From assembly GCA_039197515.1 (NCBI GenBank), contig JBCCUC010000004.1, positions 35,567 to 99,566 on the forward strand: DNA of 64,000 nt. Reading direction: 5' to 3'. The translations under genes were made by a program, and so were the position numbers. Positions 23,028-34,664 of this stretch are shown in pieces (positions within the stretch are counted from its first letter, which is position 1; each line of letters starts with the position of its first letter). A model generated the notes under the pieces. It saw nothing but the letters and a program-made list of their open reading frames with translations, was not told the DNA's origin and ran no database searches. Source of the stretch: Pseudomonadota bacterium (GTDB lineage: Bacteria; Pseudomonadota; Alphaproteobacteria; Rhodobacterales; Rhodobacteraceae).

Positions 23028-23708
23028 ATGTCGATCTGGTCGCGCATATCTGAGGCGCTCGCGGCGCTCACCTCGGGGGAGGGCCTTGCCGCGGTCTTTG
23101 ACCGACTGCGCAACCCGCCTGAACGCTCGGTCGCCTTCACCATCGCGGTCATCGCGCTCGGTGCCAAGATGGCCAAGGCGGACGGGCTGGTGACCCGCGA
23201 TGAGGTCACCGCGTTTCGCGAGGTCTTTCAAATTGCAGAGGCCGACGCGGAGGGCGCGGCGCGTGTCTTCAACCTCGCGCGCCAAGATGTTGCGGGCTTT
23301 GACGATTACGCCAAACGCATTGCCGCTATGTTTCGAGATGACCCTCACATGCTGAGCGATCTGATGGAGGGGCTCTTTCACATCGCCATGGCCGACGGGA
23401 TGTATCACCCCAACGAAGATGCGTTTCTCGATGACGTGGCCCACATCTTTGGTATGTCGGACGCTGAGTTTGCCACGCTTAAAGCGCGGTTTGTTCCCGA
23501 CCAGAGCCCGCTGCCCCATGTCGTGCTAGGCATCGCCGCCGATGCAGGCCTTGACGAGGCGCGCGCGGCCTGGCGGGCATTGGTGCGCGCCAACCACCCC
23601 GATGCGCTCGTGGCGCGCGGCCTGCCGGAGGAAGCCATTCGCATGGCCGAAAAGCGCATGATCGACATCAACCGCGCGTGGGAGACGATCTCCGGCAAGG
23701 CGGCCTGA
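23028..23708 (+). CDS. DjlA-like co-chaperone (TerB plus J domain)
   Basis: ALGAKMAKADG, IAMADG, J-domain HPD motif (NHPD). Confidence 0.88.
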   Translation: MSIWSRISEALAALTSGEGLAAVFDRLRNPPERSVAFTIAVIALGAKMAKADGLVTRDEVTAFREVFQIAEADAEGAARVFNLARQDVAGFDDYAKRIAAMFRDDPHMLSDLMEGLFHIAMADGMYHPNEDAFLDDVAHIFGMSDAEFATLKARFVPDQSPLPHVVLGIAADAGLDEARAAWRALVRANHPDALVARGLPEEAIRMAEKRMIDINRAWETISGKAA

Positions 23709-24739
23709 TGCGCATCGCCACCTACAACGTCGAATGGTTCAATGCGCTTTTTGACGACGAGGGAGAACTCTTGAACGACACAGGCTGGTCCGCGCGCCAT
23801 AATGTGACCCGCGCTGCCCAAACCGCCGCCCTGGGCCGCGTTTTCCAAGCGATGGACGCTGATGCGGTGATGGTGATTGAGGCACCTGATCAATCACGCC
23901 ATCGCTCCACCATCAAAGCCTTAACGACCTTTGCCCATGAATTTGGCCTGCGCACGCGCGAAGTGGTGCTCGGGTTTGCCAACGACACGCAGCAGGAGAT
24001 TGCGCTCCTTTATGATCCCGATGTGATCACAGCCGCGCATGATCCGGGGGGGTCTTTGTCGGGGCCGGGCGGTGCCGCAGGCGCACCGCGCTTTGATGGC
24101 ACCCTGCGCATAGATCTGGACATTGACGCGACCGAAGACGCGGTTGTCTTCTCAAAACCGCCGCTTGAGGTCCGCGTTGAGACGCGCGGTGGCCTGGAAT
24201 TTCATATGATCGGCGCGCACCTTAAATCCAAGGCACCGCACGGCGCGCGCTCGCACGAAGAGGCAATGCGCATTGCGATTGCCAACCGCCGCAAGCAGTT
24301 GGCCCAAGCGATTTGGCTGCGCCGCCGGATCGAAGATCATTTGACCGAGGCTACGCCGCTGATCGTGCTCGGTGATCTCAACGACGGTCCGGGGTTGGAT
24401 GAGTTCGAGCACCTCTTTGGCCGCTCATCGGTTGAGATCGTTCTGGGGCACGGCACGCCAAAGCCGCTTTTTGATCCCCACGCGCGCCGCGCGCTCAGCC
24501 CCCAGGCCTTTGCCCTGCCAACGACGGCGCGGTTCTGGATCCGCGATGAAGCGCGCTACCTACAGGCCTTGCTGGATTACATTATGGTGAGCCCGGCTCT
24601 GAGGGCGCGAGCCCAGGGTTGGCGCATATGGCATCCGCTTGATGATCCTGAATGCTGGCGCAATCCGGATCTGCGCGATGCGCTCGTCACCGCCTCTGAC
24701 CATTTCCCCGTGACATTGGATCTGACCGACCTCTCGTAA
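23708..24739 (+). CDS. Endonuclease/exonuclease/phosphatase family protein
   Basis: RIATYNVE, HLKSK, GDLND, LDYI, SDHFPV. Confidence 0.9.
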   Translation: MRIATYNVEWFNALFDDEGELLNDTGWSARHNVTRAAQTAALGRVFQAMDADAVMVIEAPDQSRHRSTIKALTTFAHEFGLRTREVVLGFANDTQQEIALLYDPDVITAAHDPGGSLSGPGGAAGAPRFDGTLRIDLDIDATEDAVVFSKPPLEVRVETRGGLEFHMIGAHLKSKAPHGARSHEEAMRIAIANRRKQLAQAIWLRRRIEDHLTEATPLIVLGDLNDGPGLDEFEHLFGRSSVEIVLGHGTPKPLFDPHARRALSPQAFALPTTARFWIRDEARYLQALLDYIMVSPALRARAQGWRIWHPLDDPECWRNPDLRDALVTASDHFPVTLDLTDLS

Positions 24740-24768
24740 TCGTGGCGTTGACCCCCTATGTTCACGTC

Positions 24769-25131
24769 GTGAAGCGGATTTTGAGTACGACCTTAGCGAT
24801 GAGTTTGCTTGCGGCGTCAGCGCAAGCAGAGGAAGAGCGCGGCCTGTCGATCATGGAACGCGGCGCGCAGCTTTTCTTCGAAGGCCTGATGAAAGAGATG
24901 GAACCTGCGATCGAAGAATTCTCAGGGTTCGCAGATCAAATCGGCCCGGCCATGCGCGACTTCGTCGTTGAAATGGGCCCCAAACTCTCAACCCTGCTGG
25001 AAGAAGTGCAGGATTGGAGCGTCTATGAAGCGCCTGAGATCTTACCCAACGGTGATATCATCATCCGCCGCAAACCGGATCCAGACGGGGATGCACCCTC
25101 TGAGGCCCCAGCACCGCAGGTCGAGCTTTAG
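24769..25131 (+). CDS. Secreted hypothetical protein
   Basis: Signal peptide ending AQA; amphipathic helices; YEAPEILPNGDIIIRRK C-terminal motif; start uncertain. Confidence 0.7.
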   Translation: MKRILSTTLAMSLLAASAQAEEERGLSIMERGAQLFFEGLMKEMEPAIEEFSGFADQIGPAMRDFVVEMGPKLSTLLEEVQDWSVYEAPEILPNGDIIIRRKPDPDGDAPSEAPAPQVEL

Positions 25132-25185
25132 GGGTTGGTCAAAGTTACGCCGGGCCGCTCAATTGGGTCAAAAGTCATCAGCGTC

Positions 25186-26772
25186 TTAGCCTGACTTCTT
25201 TTTCCGCCGTTTCACCTTTACCGCGATGTCAGCGGCAAGCGATGTGGCCAGCGAGTTCAACCGCGCTTCTGCCACCTCGCCGAAGAGAGGCATCATTTCT
25301 GGCGTCAGCCGCAACTCCAACAGCCTTTTCTTCGCAAACCAGCGCAGTTCGCCGCTATCTTCCCCTTTGCCGGTCCAAAGCATTGCGCCAAACCGCATGG
25401 CCTTGCCCAGAACTTCCGCTTCGGCCTGGGTTTTCTCATCGATCATCTCATAGAGGTCTAGAAAACGGGTATTCTGCCGCTTGTTGGAATAGCGATGCAG
25501 CAGCGCCAGACCCAAAAACACGCGTTCGCTGTGCTTCAGCCCGCCCAGGTTGGCGCGGGTGGCCGCGTCAAAGCACACTTCCGCGCGGTAATCAGGATGC
25601 GCACGCCAACTGACATCGTGCAGATGGCAGGCCGCGCGCACCAGGCGCTGCCGTTGCGGCTTGGCGCTTTTGTAAAGCGGCAGGATAAAACGATAAAGCT
25701 CCTTGCCAAATCCCGGGATGCGCGCGTCTTTGGCCTCTGAGAATTGGCACGCCTCGATTAACGGATCGCGATCGCGCAGGCGTTGGGGCATCTGTTCGTA
25801 AAGCATGCCCTCGCGGATCCCGTAGCTGGAAATCGCGATGTCTTTGGGCTTGAACGTCTTGACCACTTGCTCCAGCACTTCGGCGGCATAGGGCACCAGA
25901 GCCATCCGTGTCGCAGATATTCCCGAGGTTGTCCGCAGATCCTCAATGTCGGTCTCTTTGATGTAGCGGACCGTGTCGCGCACCGCCTTGGCCGTCATGC
26001 GGTATTCGTGCAAGACGGCCAGGGGATAGGCGCAACGCAGCATGTCGATGCGGGCAATCGCGCGCCACGACCCACCGACCAAAAACAGGCGATCCCGCTG
26101 CGGCCCCATCGTTTCCTGCAACTCCTGCATCACCGCGCGAATGTGCAGGGCCCGCCCCTTGGCACCACCTTTGACGTCGCGCAGCTTTAGAGGGCCAAGG
26201 CGCGCACTGACCCGGCGGCCGACACGCCCGCCCGAGATTTCCGCCAATTCCAGAGAGGATCCCCCAATGTCGCAGACCAACCCATAGGCACCGGGCCAGC
26301 CCAGCAGAACACCTTGCGCCGAGAGCCGCGCCTCTTCGCGCCCGTCCAAAACCCAGATGCGCAACCCGGTCTCGCGCAGCACGTCGGCCTGAAAAGCTTC
26401 GCCATCAGAAGCCTCGCGCACCGCCGCAGTTGCGACGACCGAGAGCTCGCTCAACCCCATGTTGCCAGCCAGCTTGCTAAAGCGGCACATGGCGGACAGC
26501 GCGCGCGCGCGCCCCTCGACCGACAGATGCCCCGTCTCCGAGAGGCCTGCGCCGAGCCCGCACATGATCTTTTCGTTAAAAAAGTAAGCAGGTGACCGGG
26601 CAGCACCGTCAAAAACCACCATCCGCACCGAGTTTGAACCGATGTCAACGACGCCCACGCGTGATAGGGCGCGCGCACTGGGATCTTCGAAAAGCGGTTT
26701 TCCAAAAAGACCTGCGTCCACCAGACCGGTCTCAGGCACGACGGCGCGCGGTGGTTGCTTGTAGTCGTCCAT
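25186..26772 (-). CDS. ppx: Exopolyphosphatase Ppx/GppA
   Basis: VDIGSNSVR, ATAAVREA, GREEARLS, DIGGSSLE, GIREG, HLHDVSW. Confidence 0.93.
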   Translation of the reverse strand: MDDYKQPPRAVVPETGLVDAGLFGKPLFEDPSARALSRVGVVDIGSNSVRMVVFDGAARSPAYFFNEKIMCGLGAGLSETGHLSVEGRARALSAMCRFSKLAGNMGLSELSVVATAAVREASDGEAFQADVLRETGLRIWVLDGREEARLSAQGVLLGWPGAYGLVCDIGGSSLELAEISGGRVGRRVSARLGPLKLRDVKGGAKGRALHIRAVMQELQETMGPQRDRLFLVGGSWRAIARIDMLRCAYPLAVLHEYRMTAKAVRDTVRYIKETDIEDLRTTSGISATRMALVPYAAEVLEQVVKTFKPKDIAISSYGIREGMLYEQMPQRLRDRDPLIEACQFSEAKDARIPGFGKELYRFILPLYKSAKPQRQRLVRAACHLHDVSWRAHPDYRAEVCFDAATRANLGGLKHSERVFLGLALLHRYSNKRQNTRFLDLYEMIDEKTQAEAEVLGKAMRFGAMLWTGKGEDSGELRWFAKKRLLELRLTPEMMPLFGEVAEARLNSLATSLAADIAVKVKRRKKKSG

Positions 26773-26998
26773 ATCCGCAAGTCCCAACTGCGCCGGGTGC
26801 AACATGAGGCAGGTCCGGTGCTCCGTCAAACACTATCCGTAGCCTACTTTTGTCGCACCTGATGGCCGCAATGGCTCAAAGGGCCATGCCCTACCGCTAC
26901 AGCGCCCTGCCTGAAACTTGAAGCGACGATACCCTGACACGCTTCGCGCTCTTGTGACATCGGCGATACGTGATGCCTCATGTCAAAGGCGGGACGCT

Positions 26999-29173
26999 TT
27001 AGTCGTCCGTATGGGTCAGTTGCGGCACATCCGCTGCACCCGCAGATCCGCGGCCCGAAAGGGACGGATTTTCCATGAAAAAGCGGTGGCAGTTGAAGGT
27101 AAATTGACCTTCCTGCCAGTCAGGGCGCGCGAAACTGCCATCGGGGGCCATCAGCCAGCTTTGGGCCACATCAGCAAGGTTGGCTGCCATGATCTGGCTG
27201 GTGATCTGCGCTTTTACGGTGTGGTTTTTGATCTCTATGAGCGTCTCAATCCGCCGGTTGAGGTTGCGGCCCATCCAATCGGCGGAGGAGATGAACACCC
27301 GTGCTTTTTTATGCGGCAGCCCGTGACCGTTGCCAAAACAGACGATGCGCGAATGCTCCAAAAACCGCCCAACGATGGATTTCACGCGGATGTTGTCGGA
27401 CAGGCCTGTGATGCCGGGGCGCAGGCCGCAAATGCCGCGGATCACCAGGCTGATCTTCACGCCCGCCTGGCTTGCCGCGTAAAGCGCGTCGATGATCTCC
27501 GAATCGATGAGGCTGTTCATCTTGGCCCAGATCACCGCCGGTTTCCCGGCCGTGGCATGCGCAGCCTCGGCCGCGATCATGTCCAACAGGCGGGCCTTGA
27601 GCGTTGCGGGTGAAATCGCAAGGTTGGTCAGGCTTTCGGGTTGCGCGTAGCCGGAGAGATAGTTGAACACCTTCGTCGCATCCCGGCCCAGATCCGCGTC
27701 GCAGGTGAACAATGACAGATCCGTGTAGACCCGGGCAGTGATTGGATGATAATTGCCCGTGCCGTAATGGGTATAGGTGACAAGCTGATCCCCCTCTCGC
27801 CGAACCACGGTGGAAATCTTGGCATGGGTTTTCAGATCAATGAATCCGTAGACCACATGCGCGCCCGCCCGCTCTAATCGGCGGGACTGGCGGATGTTGG
27901 CGGCCTCGTCAAAGCGCGCTTTGAGTTCCACCAACGCCGTGACCGATTTGCCATCCTCCGCAGCCTCGCACAGCGCCTCGACGATGGGACTGTCCCGCGA
28001 CGTTCGGTAGAGCGTCTGCTTGATTGCCACGACGTTGGGGTCCCGCGCAGCCTGCTGCAAAAACCGGATGACCATGTCGAAGGTCTCATAAGGGTGGTGC
28101 AGCAACATGTCCTTTTGCCGGATCGCAGCAAACATATTGCCGTCAAAGTCGCTCACGCGCTCAGGCACGCGCGGGGTGAAGGACGGCCAAAGCAAGTCGG
28201 GCCGGGCATCCGCCACAAGCTCAGACAGATTGGCCATCCCGAGCATGCCATCAAGCTCAATGACATCGCGTAAGTGCACCCCAAGCTCTTCCATGACAAC
28301 CGCCTTGAGCCCTTCTGGCGCACCGGCCGAATGGGTCAGACGCACCACTTCGCCCCGGCGGCGACGTTTGAGCGCGACCTCAAACTCACGCACCAGATCT
28401 TCAGCCTCTTCTTCAACTTCCAGATCGCTGTCGCGCAAGACCCGGAACTCGAAATGCGCTTTGAGCGCGTAACCTGGAAAAAGGTCTGGGATTTGGATCA
28501 AAAGAAGATCTTCAAGCGGGAGATAGCGTTGCGAACCTTCTGGTGCGGGCAGCGGCACAAAACGGTCGATCTGCGCGGGCACCGGCAGCAGCGCTTGAAG
28601 TTTTCGCTTGTCGCTCGTGCGCTCTAACTGCAGGGCAAGGGCGTATCCGGTGTTGGGAAGGAACGGAAAAGGGTGCGCTGGATCAATCGCCAGCGGCGAC
28701 AAAACAGCGAAAACTCTGTTCAAAAAAACGTCCTTGAGGTAGGTGAGATCGTCCTCGGAGAGATCAGGTATCCGCTCAAGATGCATGTTTTGGGCGTCCA
28801 TCTCCGCGATCAGATCCACCAGAACACGCTGCTGGGTGATCATCAGCTTGCGCGCATCCTCGTTGATCAGCACCAGCTGCTCTGCTGGGCTGAGGCCGTC
28901 GGCGGCGGGCGTGGTGTTTCCGGCCTGCGCCAGCTCGCGCAGACCTGCCACGCGCACCGTGTAAAACTCATCGAGGTTCTTGGCTGAAATGCTCAAGAAC
29001 CGAAGGCGTTCCAGCAAAGGTACCCGCGGGTTTTCCGCCTCTTCCAAAACGCGCCAGTTGAACCCCAGCCAACTCAGCTCACGATTGTAAAAGCGCCCGG
29101 ATCCCTGCGGATCAAGCTCAAGCATGTCTGTGGCTGGGGGGAAGTCGCCCTGCAGAAAGTCTGTCTGTGTCAT
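26999..29173 (-). CDS. ppk: Polyphosphate kinase 1
   Basis: [48 protein letters not shown]. Confidence 0.97.
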   Translation of the reverse strand: MTQTDFLQGDFPPATDMLELDPQGSGRFYNRELSWLGFNWRVLEEAENPRVPLLERLRFLSISAKNLDEFYTVRVAGLRELAQAGNTTPAADGLSPAEQLVLINEDARKLMITQQRVLVDLIAEMDAQNMHLERIPDLSEDDLTYLKDVFLNRVFAVLSPLAIDPAHPFPFLPNTGYALALQLERTSDKRKLQALLPVPAQIDRFVPLPAPEGSQRYLPLEDLLLIQIPDLFPGYALKAHFEFRVLRDSDLEVEEEAEDLVREFEVALKRRRRGEVVRLTHSAGAPEGLKAVVMEELGVHLRDVIELDGMLGMANLSELVADARPDLLWPSFTPRVPERVSDFDGNMFAAIRQKDMLLHHPYETFDMVIRFLQQAARDPNVVAIKQTLYRTSRDSPIVEALCEAAEDGKSVTALVELKARFDEAANIRQSRRLERAGAHVVYGFIDLKTHAKISTVVRREGDQLVTYTHYGTGNYHPITARVYTDLSLFTCDADLGRDATKVFNYLSGYAQPESLTNLAISPATLKARLLDMIAAEAAHATAGKPAVIWAKMNSLIDSEIIDALYAASQAGVKISLVIRGICGLRPGITGLSDNIRVKSIVGRFLEHSRIVCFGNGHGLPHKKARVFISSADWMGRNLNRRIETLIEIKNHTVKAQITSQIMAANLADVAQSWLMAPDGSFARPDWQEGQFTFNCHRFFMENPSLSGRGSAGAADVPQLTHTDD

Positions 29174-29225
29174 CCGGTCCCTTCTTTGCGCGCATAAAGG
29201 GTGAGGGCAAGATCGCTGGCCATGG

Positions 29226-29915
29226 TCAAGGCCGATCCAACGGGGACCGGGCTTCGAGCACCTGCGCGGCCAACCGGCGCGTCACCGGCTTTTTCTGCGC
29301 CAGACTCGCCGCATCAAGGCGGTCGACCAGTGCTATTGCCGCGGCAAAGGAGCGGTCCATCCGGCTCAAGAGATAGGGGATCAGATCAGGCTTGGGCGTC
29401 AGCTGACGGTCCGAGAGCAACTTCACGAGAAGCGCTGAGAGCAACGTGTCATCAGGTGCATTAAGGGCCACCGCAACGCTGCCCTGGATGCGGCTTTTCA
29501 AATCGGGCAGCGCGATGCCCCATCGCGCAACATCACCCCTCCCGGTGAGCAGCAGCGCCTGACCTTCCGCCAAGGCCATGTTGTGCAAGTGAAAGAGTAG
29601 CGCCTCTGCATGCGCGTCACTGGCGATTTCGGGCACGTCTTCGACAGCAATTGAGCCGCGCACCGCCTCGACCGCGATGTCGATGTGCGGCAGATCCCGC
29701 GCGGCAACAATCTGCGCCCCCGACAGGGCCGCCCAGACATGGGTCAAATGCGTTTTGCCTGAGCCTTCGGGGCCTGTCAGTACCAGTTTGCGGCCCGCCC
29801 AGTTTTGCCAGTCCTCCACCAAGTGCAGCGCGGCGGCATTGGACGGCGCCGCAAAGAACGCGTCGCGCCCCAGCGCGGTGCGGCTGGGCAGATCGAGGCT
29901 CAATTGTTCTGCCAT
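29226..29915 (-). CDS. hdaA: DnaA regulatory inactivator Hda/HdaA family
   Basis: N-terminal QLSLDL clamp-binding motif, Walker [18 protein letters not shown]. Confidence 0.85.
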   Translation of the reverse strand: MAEQLSLDLPSRTALGRDAFFAAPSNAAALHLVEDWQNWAGRKLVLTGPEGSGKTHLTHVWAALSGAQIVAARDLPHIDIAVEAVRGSIAVEDVPEIASDAHAEALLFHLHNMALAEGQALLLTGRGDVARWGIALPDLKSRIQGSVAVALNAPDDTLLSALLVKLLSDRQLTPKPDLIPYLLSRMDRSFAAAIALVDRLDAASLAQKKPVTRRLAAQVLEARSPLDRP

Positions 29916-29916
29916 A

Positions 29917-30993
29917 TCAGCTTTCTTCGTCTTCTGCGTGTTGCCCGGTGCCCCGATAGAGCAGGCTTTCTTTATATTGCTCTATGCCAAACCGGGTCAG
30001 GACGCCGAGCGCAGCCGCCAAGGGCACCGCGACCAGGAGCCCAACAAACCCAAAAAGCGAGCCAAAGACCGACATGGCCAGGATCAGCCACACCGGGTGG
30101 AGCCCGACGGAATTGCCCACGAGTTTGGGCGTGAGCACGTTACCTTCCGCGACCTGGCCGATCCAAAAGATACCAGCGACAAGGCCGATCGAAACCCACT
30201 CCCCCCAAAATTGGAAAAGGGCGAGCCCAAGGGCGAGCGCCCCGCCCAAGAGCGCGCCGAGGTAGGGTATGAAGGTGACAAGGCCTGCGATAAAGCCCAC
30301 GACGAGGCCGAATTGCAAACCCACCAGCATCAGCGCAATCGCATAATACGTCCCAAGGATCAGGCAGACCGTGCCCATGCCGCGCACAAAAGACGACAAG
30401 GTGCCATCGATCTGGCGTGCCAACATGCGGATCGTCGGGGCGTGATCGCGGGGCAAAAGGCTGTCAACCGCGGCCACCATCCTGTCCCAATCGAGCAGCA
30501 GATAGACCGCCACCACCGGTACGATCACAAACAGCACCACCAGGTTGATGATGCCCGCAAAGGAGGCAAATACCGTTTCCAAAAGTTGGCCGCCCCGTTC
30601 TTGGATCGTTGCCCCAACAGCGGTGAGCGAGCCGCGCAGGGTGGAGTTTTCATCCAGAAGATCGGGAAATCTCTCGGTTAGAAACCCGGTGAACTGCCGG
30701 AAAAGCTCTGGTGCGGTTTCGAGCAACGTGGCCGCTTGGCCCACGAGATTTGGGATGACCAACAGCGCCAGCACGACGAAAATCAGCAGGCCAAACACGG
30801 TGATGATGGATGTGGCCAGCACCCGACTGCAGCCCAATCGCTCCAACCGGTCGGCCACAGGATCGAGGAAATAGGCGATGGCCCCGCCCAGCAAAAACGG
30901 CATGAGGACATTACCGATGAACCAAAGCGCGACCATGAAGACAATCGCAGCGATGCCCCAGTACTTCAGTTGTTCTCGAATTGGCAGCGCCAT
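29917..30993 (-). CDS. AI-2E (PerM/YdiK) family transporter
   Basis: [42 protein letters not shown]. Confidence 0.92.
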   Translation of the reverse strand: MALPIREQLKYWGIAAIVFMVALWFIGNVLMPFLLGGAIAYFLDPVADRLERLGCSRVLATSIITVFGLLIFVVLALLVIPNLVGQAATLLETAPELFRQFTGFLTERFPDLLDENSTLRGSLTAVGATIQERGGQLLETVFASFAGIINLVVLFVIVPVVAVYLLLDWDRMVAAVDSLLPRDHAPTIRMLARQIDGTLSSFVRGMGTVCLILGTYYAIALMLVGLQFGLVVGFIAGLVTFIPYLGALLGGALALGLALFQFWGEWVSIGLVAGIFWIGQVAEGNVLTPKLVGNSVGLHPVWLILAMSVFGSLFGFVGLLVAVPLAAALGVLTRFGIEQYKESLLYRGTGQHAEDEES

Positions 30994-31252
30994 CGGTGTC
31001 TCTTGTTTCTTGCCTATCGCTGAAAGTAAGAACGCGCGCCCCTTCCGCAATGGGTCCTCTTCGACTTTCAGCAAGCGGCGCGGCGGGCGGTCACATGCCA
31101 GCTATACCCTCGCCCATAACCCGTGCCAAGGCGCTGTCGCGCTGATCCTGCGCCGGTCGGCCGCGCGGACCAAGAGCCTGGCAAACAGTGGATTGTGTCT
31201 TTTTGGGTGTTCAATTACCCAAGCAGAAATCATCTTCGAGGGAGCCTGGACA

Positions 31253-32638
31253 ATGCGCCTGAGCCGGTACTTCTTGCCTGTGCTGAAAGAAAACCCCGCG
31301 GAAGCGCAGATCGTGAGCCACCGGCTGATGTTGCGGGCGGGCATGATCAAACAATCGGCCGCGGGGATCTATTCCTGGTTGCCGCTCGGCTTCAAGGTGC
31401 TGCGCAAGCTTGAGAACATCGTGCATGAAGAGCAGGCGCGCGCTGGTCATATGGCGGTGCTGATGCCGACGATCCAATCCGCAGATCTTTGGCGGGAGAG
31501 CGGTCGCTATGATGCTTATGGGGACGAGATGCTGCGCATCACCGACCGAAGCGGGCGCGAGATGCTCTTTACGCCCACAGCGGAAGAACTGATCACCGAC
31601 ATCGTGCGCGCGCATGTGCGCAGCTACAAGGATCTGCCGCTGACGATGTATCAGATCCAGTGGAAGTTCCGCGATGAGATCCGCCCCCGTTTTGGCGTGA
31701 TGCGAGGCCGCGAATTCTACATGAAGGACGGCTATAACTTTGATCTCACGAAAGAAGAGGCGCTGCACGCCTACAACCGTCATCTCGTGACTTATCTGCG
31801 CACCTATGAGCGCATGGGGCTGCAAGCCATCCCGATGCGCGCGGATTCTGGCCCCATCGGCGGTGACTACACGCATGAGTTTCTGGTCCTCGCAGAGACA
31901 GGGGAGTCGGAGGTTTTCTATGACAGCGCGGTCACGGATCTGACGTTTGGCGACCGTGACATCGACTATGATGATAAAGCGCAATGCGCTGAGATCATGG
32001 AAGAATTAACCTCCCGCTATGCCCGGACGGATGAGACTCATGACGCCGCTCTGTTTGAGGCGATCCCCGAAGCGCGGCGGCGCAAAGCGCGCGGCATTGA
32101 GGTGGGGCAGATCTTTTACTTTGGCACCCAGTACTCAGAAGCGCTCAACGCCGTCGTGCAGGGGCCGGATGGTCAGAATGTGCCGCTGCACATGGGCAGC
32201 CACGGGATTGGGGTGAGCCGTCTGCTGGGGGCCATTATCGAGGCGAGCCATGACGAGAGCGGGATCATCTGGCCTGAGGGCGTCACGCCCTTTCATGCCG
32301 GTATCGTGAACCTCAAGCAGGGGGACGCAGAGGCGGACGCTGCCTGCGAGGGGCTTTATGCCGCGATCACGCGCGCGGGGCTTGAGCCGCTCTATGACGA
32401 TCGCGATGAGCGCGCGGGGGGCAAGTTTGCCACAATGGATCTGATCGGCCTGCCTTGGCGGATCACGGTGGGTCCGCGGGGGCTCAAAAACGGGGTGGTT
32501 GAGCTCACTTCTCGCCGGTCTGGTGAGAGCGTTGAGCTTCCGCCCGAAAAGGCGGTCGAGCGGCTTATTGAGATCTACGCGCCGCATCGCTCAGGCGGCT
32601 CTCGTTCATGCTGCACCCGGTCTTCTGGCTTGCCTTGA
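31253..32638 (+). CDS. proS: Proline--tRNA ligase (short alphaproteobacterial type)
   Basis: [43 protein letters not shown]. Confidence 0.97.
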   Translation: MRLSRYFLPVLKENPAEAQIVSHRLMLRAGMIKQSAAGIYSWLPLGFKVLRKLENIVHEEQARAGHMAVLMPTIQSADLWRESGRYDAYGDEMLRITDRSGREMLFTPTAEELITDIVRAHVRSYKDLPLTMYQIQWKFRDEIRPRFGVMRGREFYMKDGYNFDLTKEEALHAYNRHLVTYLRTYERMGLQAIPMRADSGPIGGDYTHEFLVLAETGESEVFYDSAVTDLTFGDRDIDYDDKAQCAEIMEELTSRYARTDETHDAALFEAIPEARRRKARGIEVGQIFYFGTQYSEALNAVVQGPDGQNVPLHMGSHGIGVSRLLGAIIEASHDESGIIWPEGVTPFHAGIVNLKQGDAEADAACEGLYAAITRAGLEPLYDDRDERAGGKFATMDLIGLPWRITVGPRGLKNGVVELTSRRSGESVELPPEKAVERLIEIYAPHRSGGSRSCCTRSSGLP

Positions 32639-32689
32639 CGGGCCAGCCCCAAGGCCTCACGGTGCCGCGCAACACGAGCAGGAGCCAAA

Positions 32690-33973
32690 ATGGCCAAAAC
32701 CGCCCCCTTTGCCCGGTTTGAATGGATGATCGCCTGGCGCTACCTGCGCGCGCGCCGCGCCGAGGGCGGTATCAGCACGATGACTTGGATCAGCTTGATC
32801 GGCATCACGTTGGCGGTCTTCGCGCTGATCGCAACCCTGTCTGTACGCTCCGGCTTTCGGGCTGAGTTTGTCGATACGATCCTGGGGGCAAACGCCCATG
32901 TCACCGTTTACCAACTGGGCGCGGTGAATGCGCAGGGTCAGATCGACCGGCGCATTGCAGACTACGAGGCGCTCGCCTCCCAGGTGGCTGAGGTGCCCGG
33001 CGTGACCCGTGTGGCCCCGCTCATCCGTCAGCAGGTCATGGCAAACTATCAAAATAGCAACATCGGCGTCGAGATGTACGGCATCGCACCCGCCGATCTT
33101 AAGACAATTCCGCGGATTGCGGGATCCACAGAAGCGCGGGGCGACATCGAACGCTTTGCCGACGGTGTGGCGCTTGGCCAGGGTGTGGCCCGTGCGCTTG
33201 GCGTCGCGGTCGGGGACCGCGTGCGGCTCATCTCGCCCAATGGGGTGCGCACCGCCTTTGGCACCAGTCCGCGCGTGAATGCCTATGAGGTGGTCTATAT
33301 CTTCTCCGCCGGCCGCTATGACATCGACCGAACGCGGGCCTATCTGCCCATCGAAGAAGCGCAATCCTTCTTTAATCGTGAGGGGTTTGCGGACGAACTT
33401 GAGGTGATGATTGAGCGCCCTGAGGCCGTCACGGCCATTGCCCCCGCAATCCTGCAGGCAGCCGGAGAGCGCGGCCAGATTTGGACCTGGCAAGACGCGT
33501 CGCGGTCCTTTCTCAACGCGCTCGACATCGAAGACCGGATGATGTTCGTGATCCTCTCGGTCCTGGTACTGGTCGCGGCGATGAACATCGTCTCGGGCCT
33601 TATCATGCTGGTTAAAAACAAAGGGCGCGATATCGGCATTTTGCGCACGATGGGCCTCAGTGAAGGCACAATCCTGCGCGTGTTCTTCATCTGCGGGGCG
33701 GCAACAGGGCTCATCGGCACCGTGCTCGGCGTCATCCTCGGGTGCCTCTTCGCCCTCAATGTGGATCAGATCTTTGCCTTTGTGAATTACCTTTCCGGCG
33801 ACACAGCTTGGGATGCGTCGATCCGGGGGATCTACTACTTGCCGGCAGAGTTGCGGCTGGCGGATGTGCTTTCCGCCGTTGCGCTCTCCTTGGGCCTGTC
33901 GTTCATCGTGACGCTCTTTCCAGCGCGGCGCGCGGCGCGGATGAACCCCGTTGAGGCCCTGCGGTATGAGTGA
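32690..33973 (+). CDS. lolE: Lipoprotein-releasing ABC transporter permease
   Basis: IAWRYLR, SLIGITL, MLVKNKGRDIGILRTMG, PARRAARMNPVEALRYE. Confidence 0.92.
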   Translation: MAKTAPFARFEWMIAWRYLRARRAEGGISTMTWISLIGITLAVFALIATLSVRSGFRAEFVDTILGANAHVTVYQLGAVNAQGQIDRRIADYEALASQVAEVPGVTRVAPLIRQQVMANYQNSNIGVEMYGIAPADLKTIPRIAGSTEARGDIERFADGVALGQGVARALGVAVGDRVRLISPNGVRTAFGTSPRVNAYEVVYIFSAGRYDIDRTRAYLPIEEAQSFFNREGFADELEVMIERPEAVTAIAPAILQAAGERGQIWTWQDASRSFLNALDIEDRMMFVILSVLVLVAAMNIVSGLIMLVKNKGRDIGILRTMGLSEGTILRVFFICGAATGLIGTVLGVILGCLFALNVDQIFAFVNYLSGDTAWDASIRGIYYLPAELRLADVLSAVALSLGLSFIVTLFPARRAARMNPVEALRYE

Positions 33974-34655
33974 TGCGGTGCTCACCATGTCGCAGGTGAC
34001 AAAGGCTTTCAATCGCGGAAAACCAAATGAAGTCAATGTGCTGCGCGGCGTTGATCTTTTTGTGACCGCTGGGCAGACCGTCGCTCTTGTCGCGCCCTCC
34101 GGCGCGGGTAAATCGACGCTTTTGCAGATCGCGGGGCTCTTGGACACGCCCGATGGCGGCATGGTTAGCATCAGCGGTGTGCAGATGACCGGCCAGTCGG
34201 ACGCGCGGCGCACCGCAGCGCGCAGGGCCTCGGTGGGCTTTATCTACCAGTTTCACCACCTTCTGCCCGAGTTCTCAGCCGTGGAAAACATCGTCCTCCC
34301 GCAATTGGCCAATGGCGTGGGCACGGGAGAGGCCACCGCGCGGGCGCAGGACTTGCTGGGTCGCGTCGGGCTGACCGGCCGAGCCGCGCACCGCCCCGCC
34401 GCCCTTTCAGGCGGAGAGCAGCAGCGGGTCGCCTTCTGCCGCGCGCTTGCCAATGCGCCCAAACTTTTGCTCGCCGATGAGCCCACAGGCAACCTCGACC
34501 CCGCGACCTCGGATCAGCTTTTTGACGGTCTGATGGATCTGGTGCGGGGCACCGGCATGGCCGCGTTGATTGCCACGCACAATCACGCTTTGGCCGCGCG
34601 CATGGACCGTGTGGTTGCGTTGATTGACGGACAATTGCGCGAGAGCGGAGCCTAG
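33966..34655 (+). CDS. lolD: Lipoprotein-releasing ABC transporter ATPase
   Basis: APSGAGKST, GFIYQFHHLLPEF, LSGGEQQR, LADEPTGNLD. Confidence 0.94.
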   Translation: MSDAVLTMSQVTKAFNRGKPNEVNVLRGVDLFVTAGQTVALVAPSGAGKSTLLQIAGLLDTPDGGMVSISGVQMTGQSDARRTAARRASVGFIYQFHHLLPEFSAVENIVLPQLANGVGTGEATARAQDLLGRVGLTGRAAHRPAALSGGEQQRVAFCRALANAPKLLLADEPTGNLDPATSDQLFDGLMDLVRGTGMAALIATHNHALAARMDRVVALIDGQLRESGA

Positions 34656-34664
34656 GGGACAGTG

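Noticed and set aside
32590-32638. ProRS C-terminal tail [15 protein letters not shown] as a functional Cys motif or frameshift
   Set aside because: Short variable tail after the last domain; no evidence either way.
32657-34213. 518-aa minus-strand ORF opposite lolE/lolD
   Set aside because: Antisense shadow ORF of well-conserved genes.
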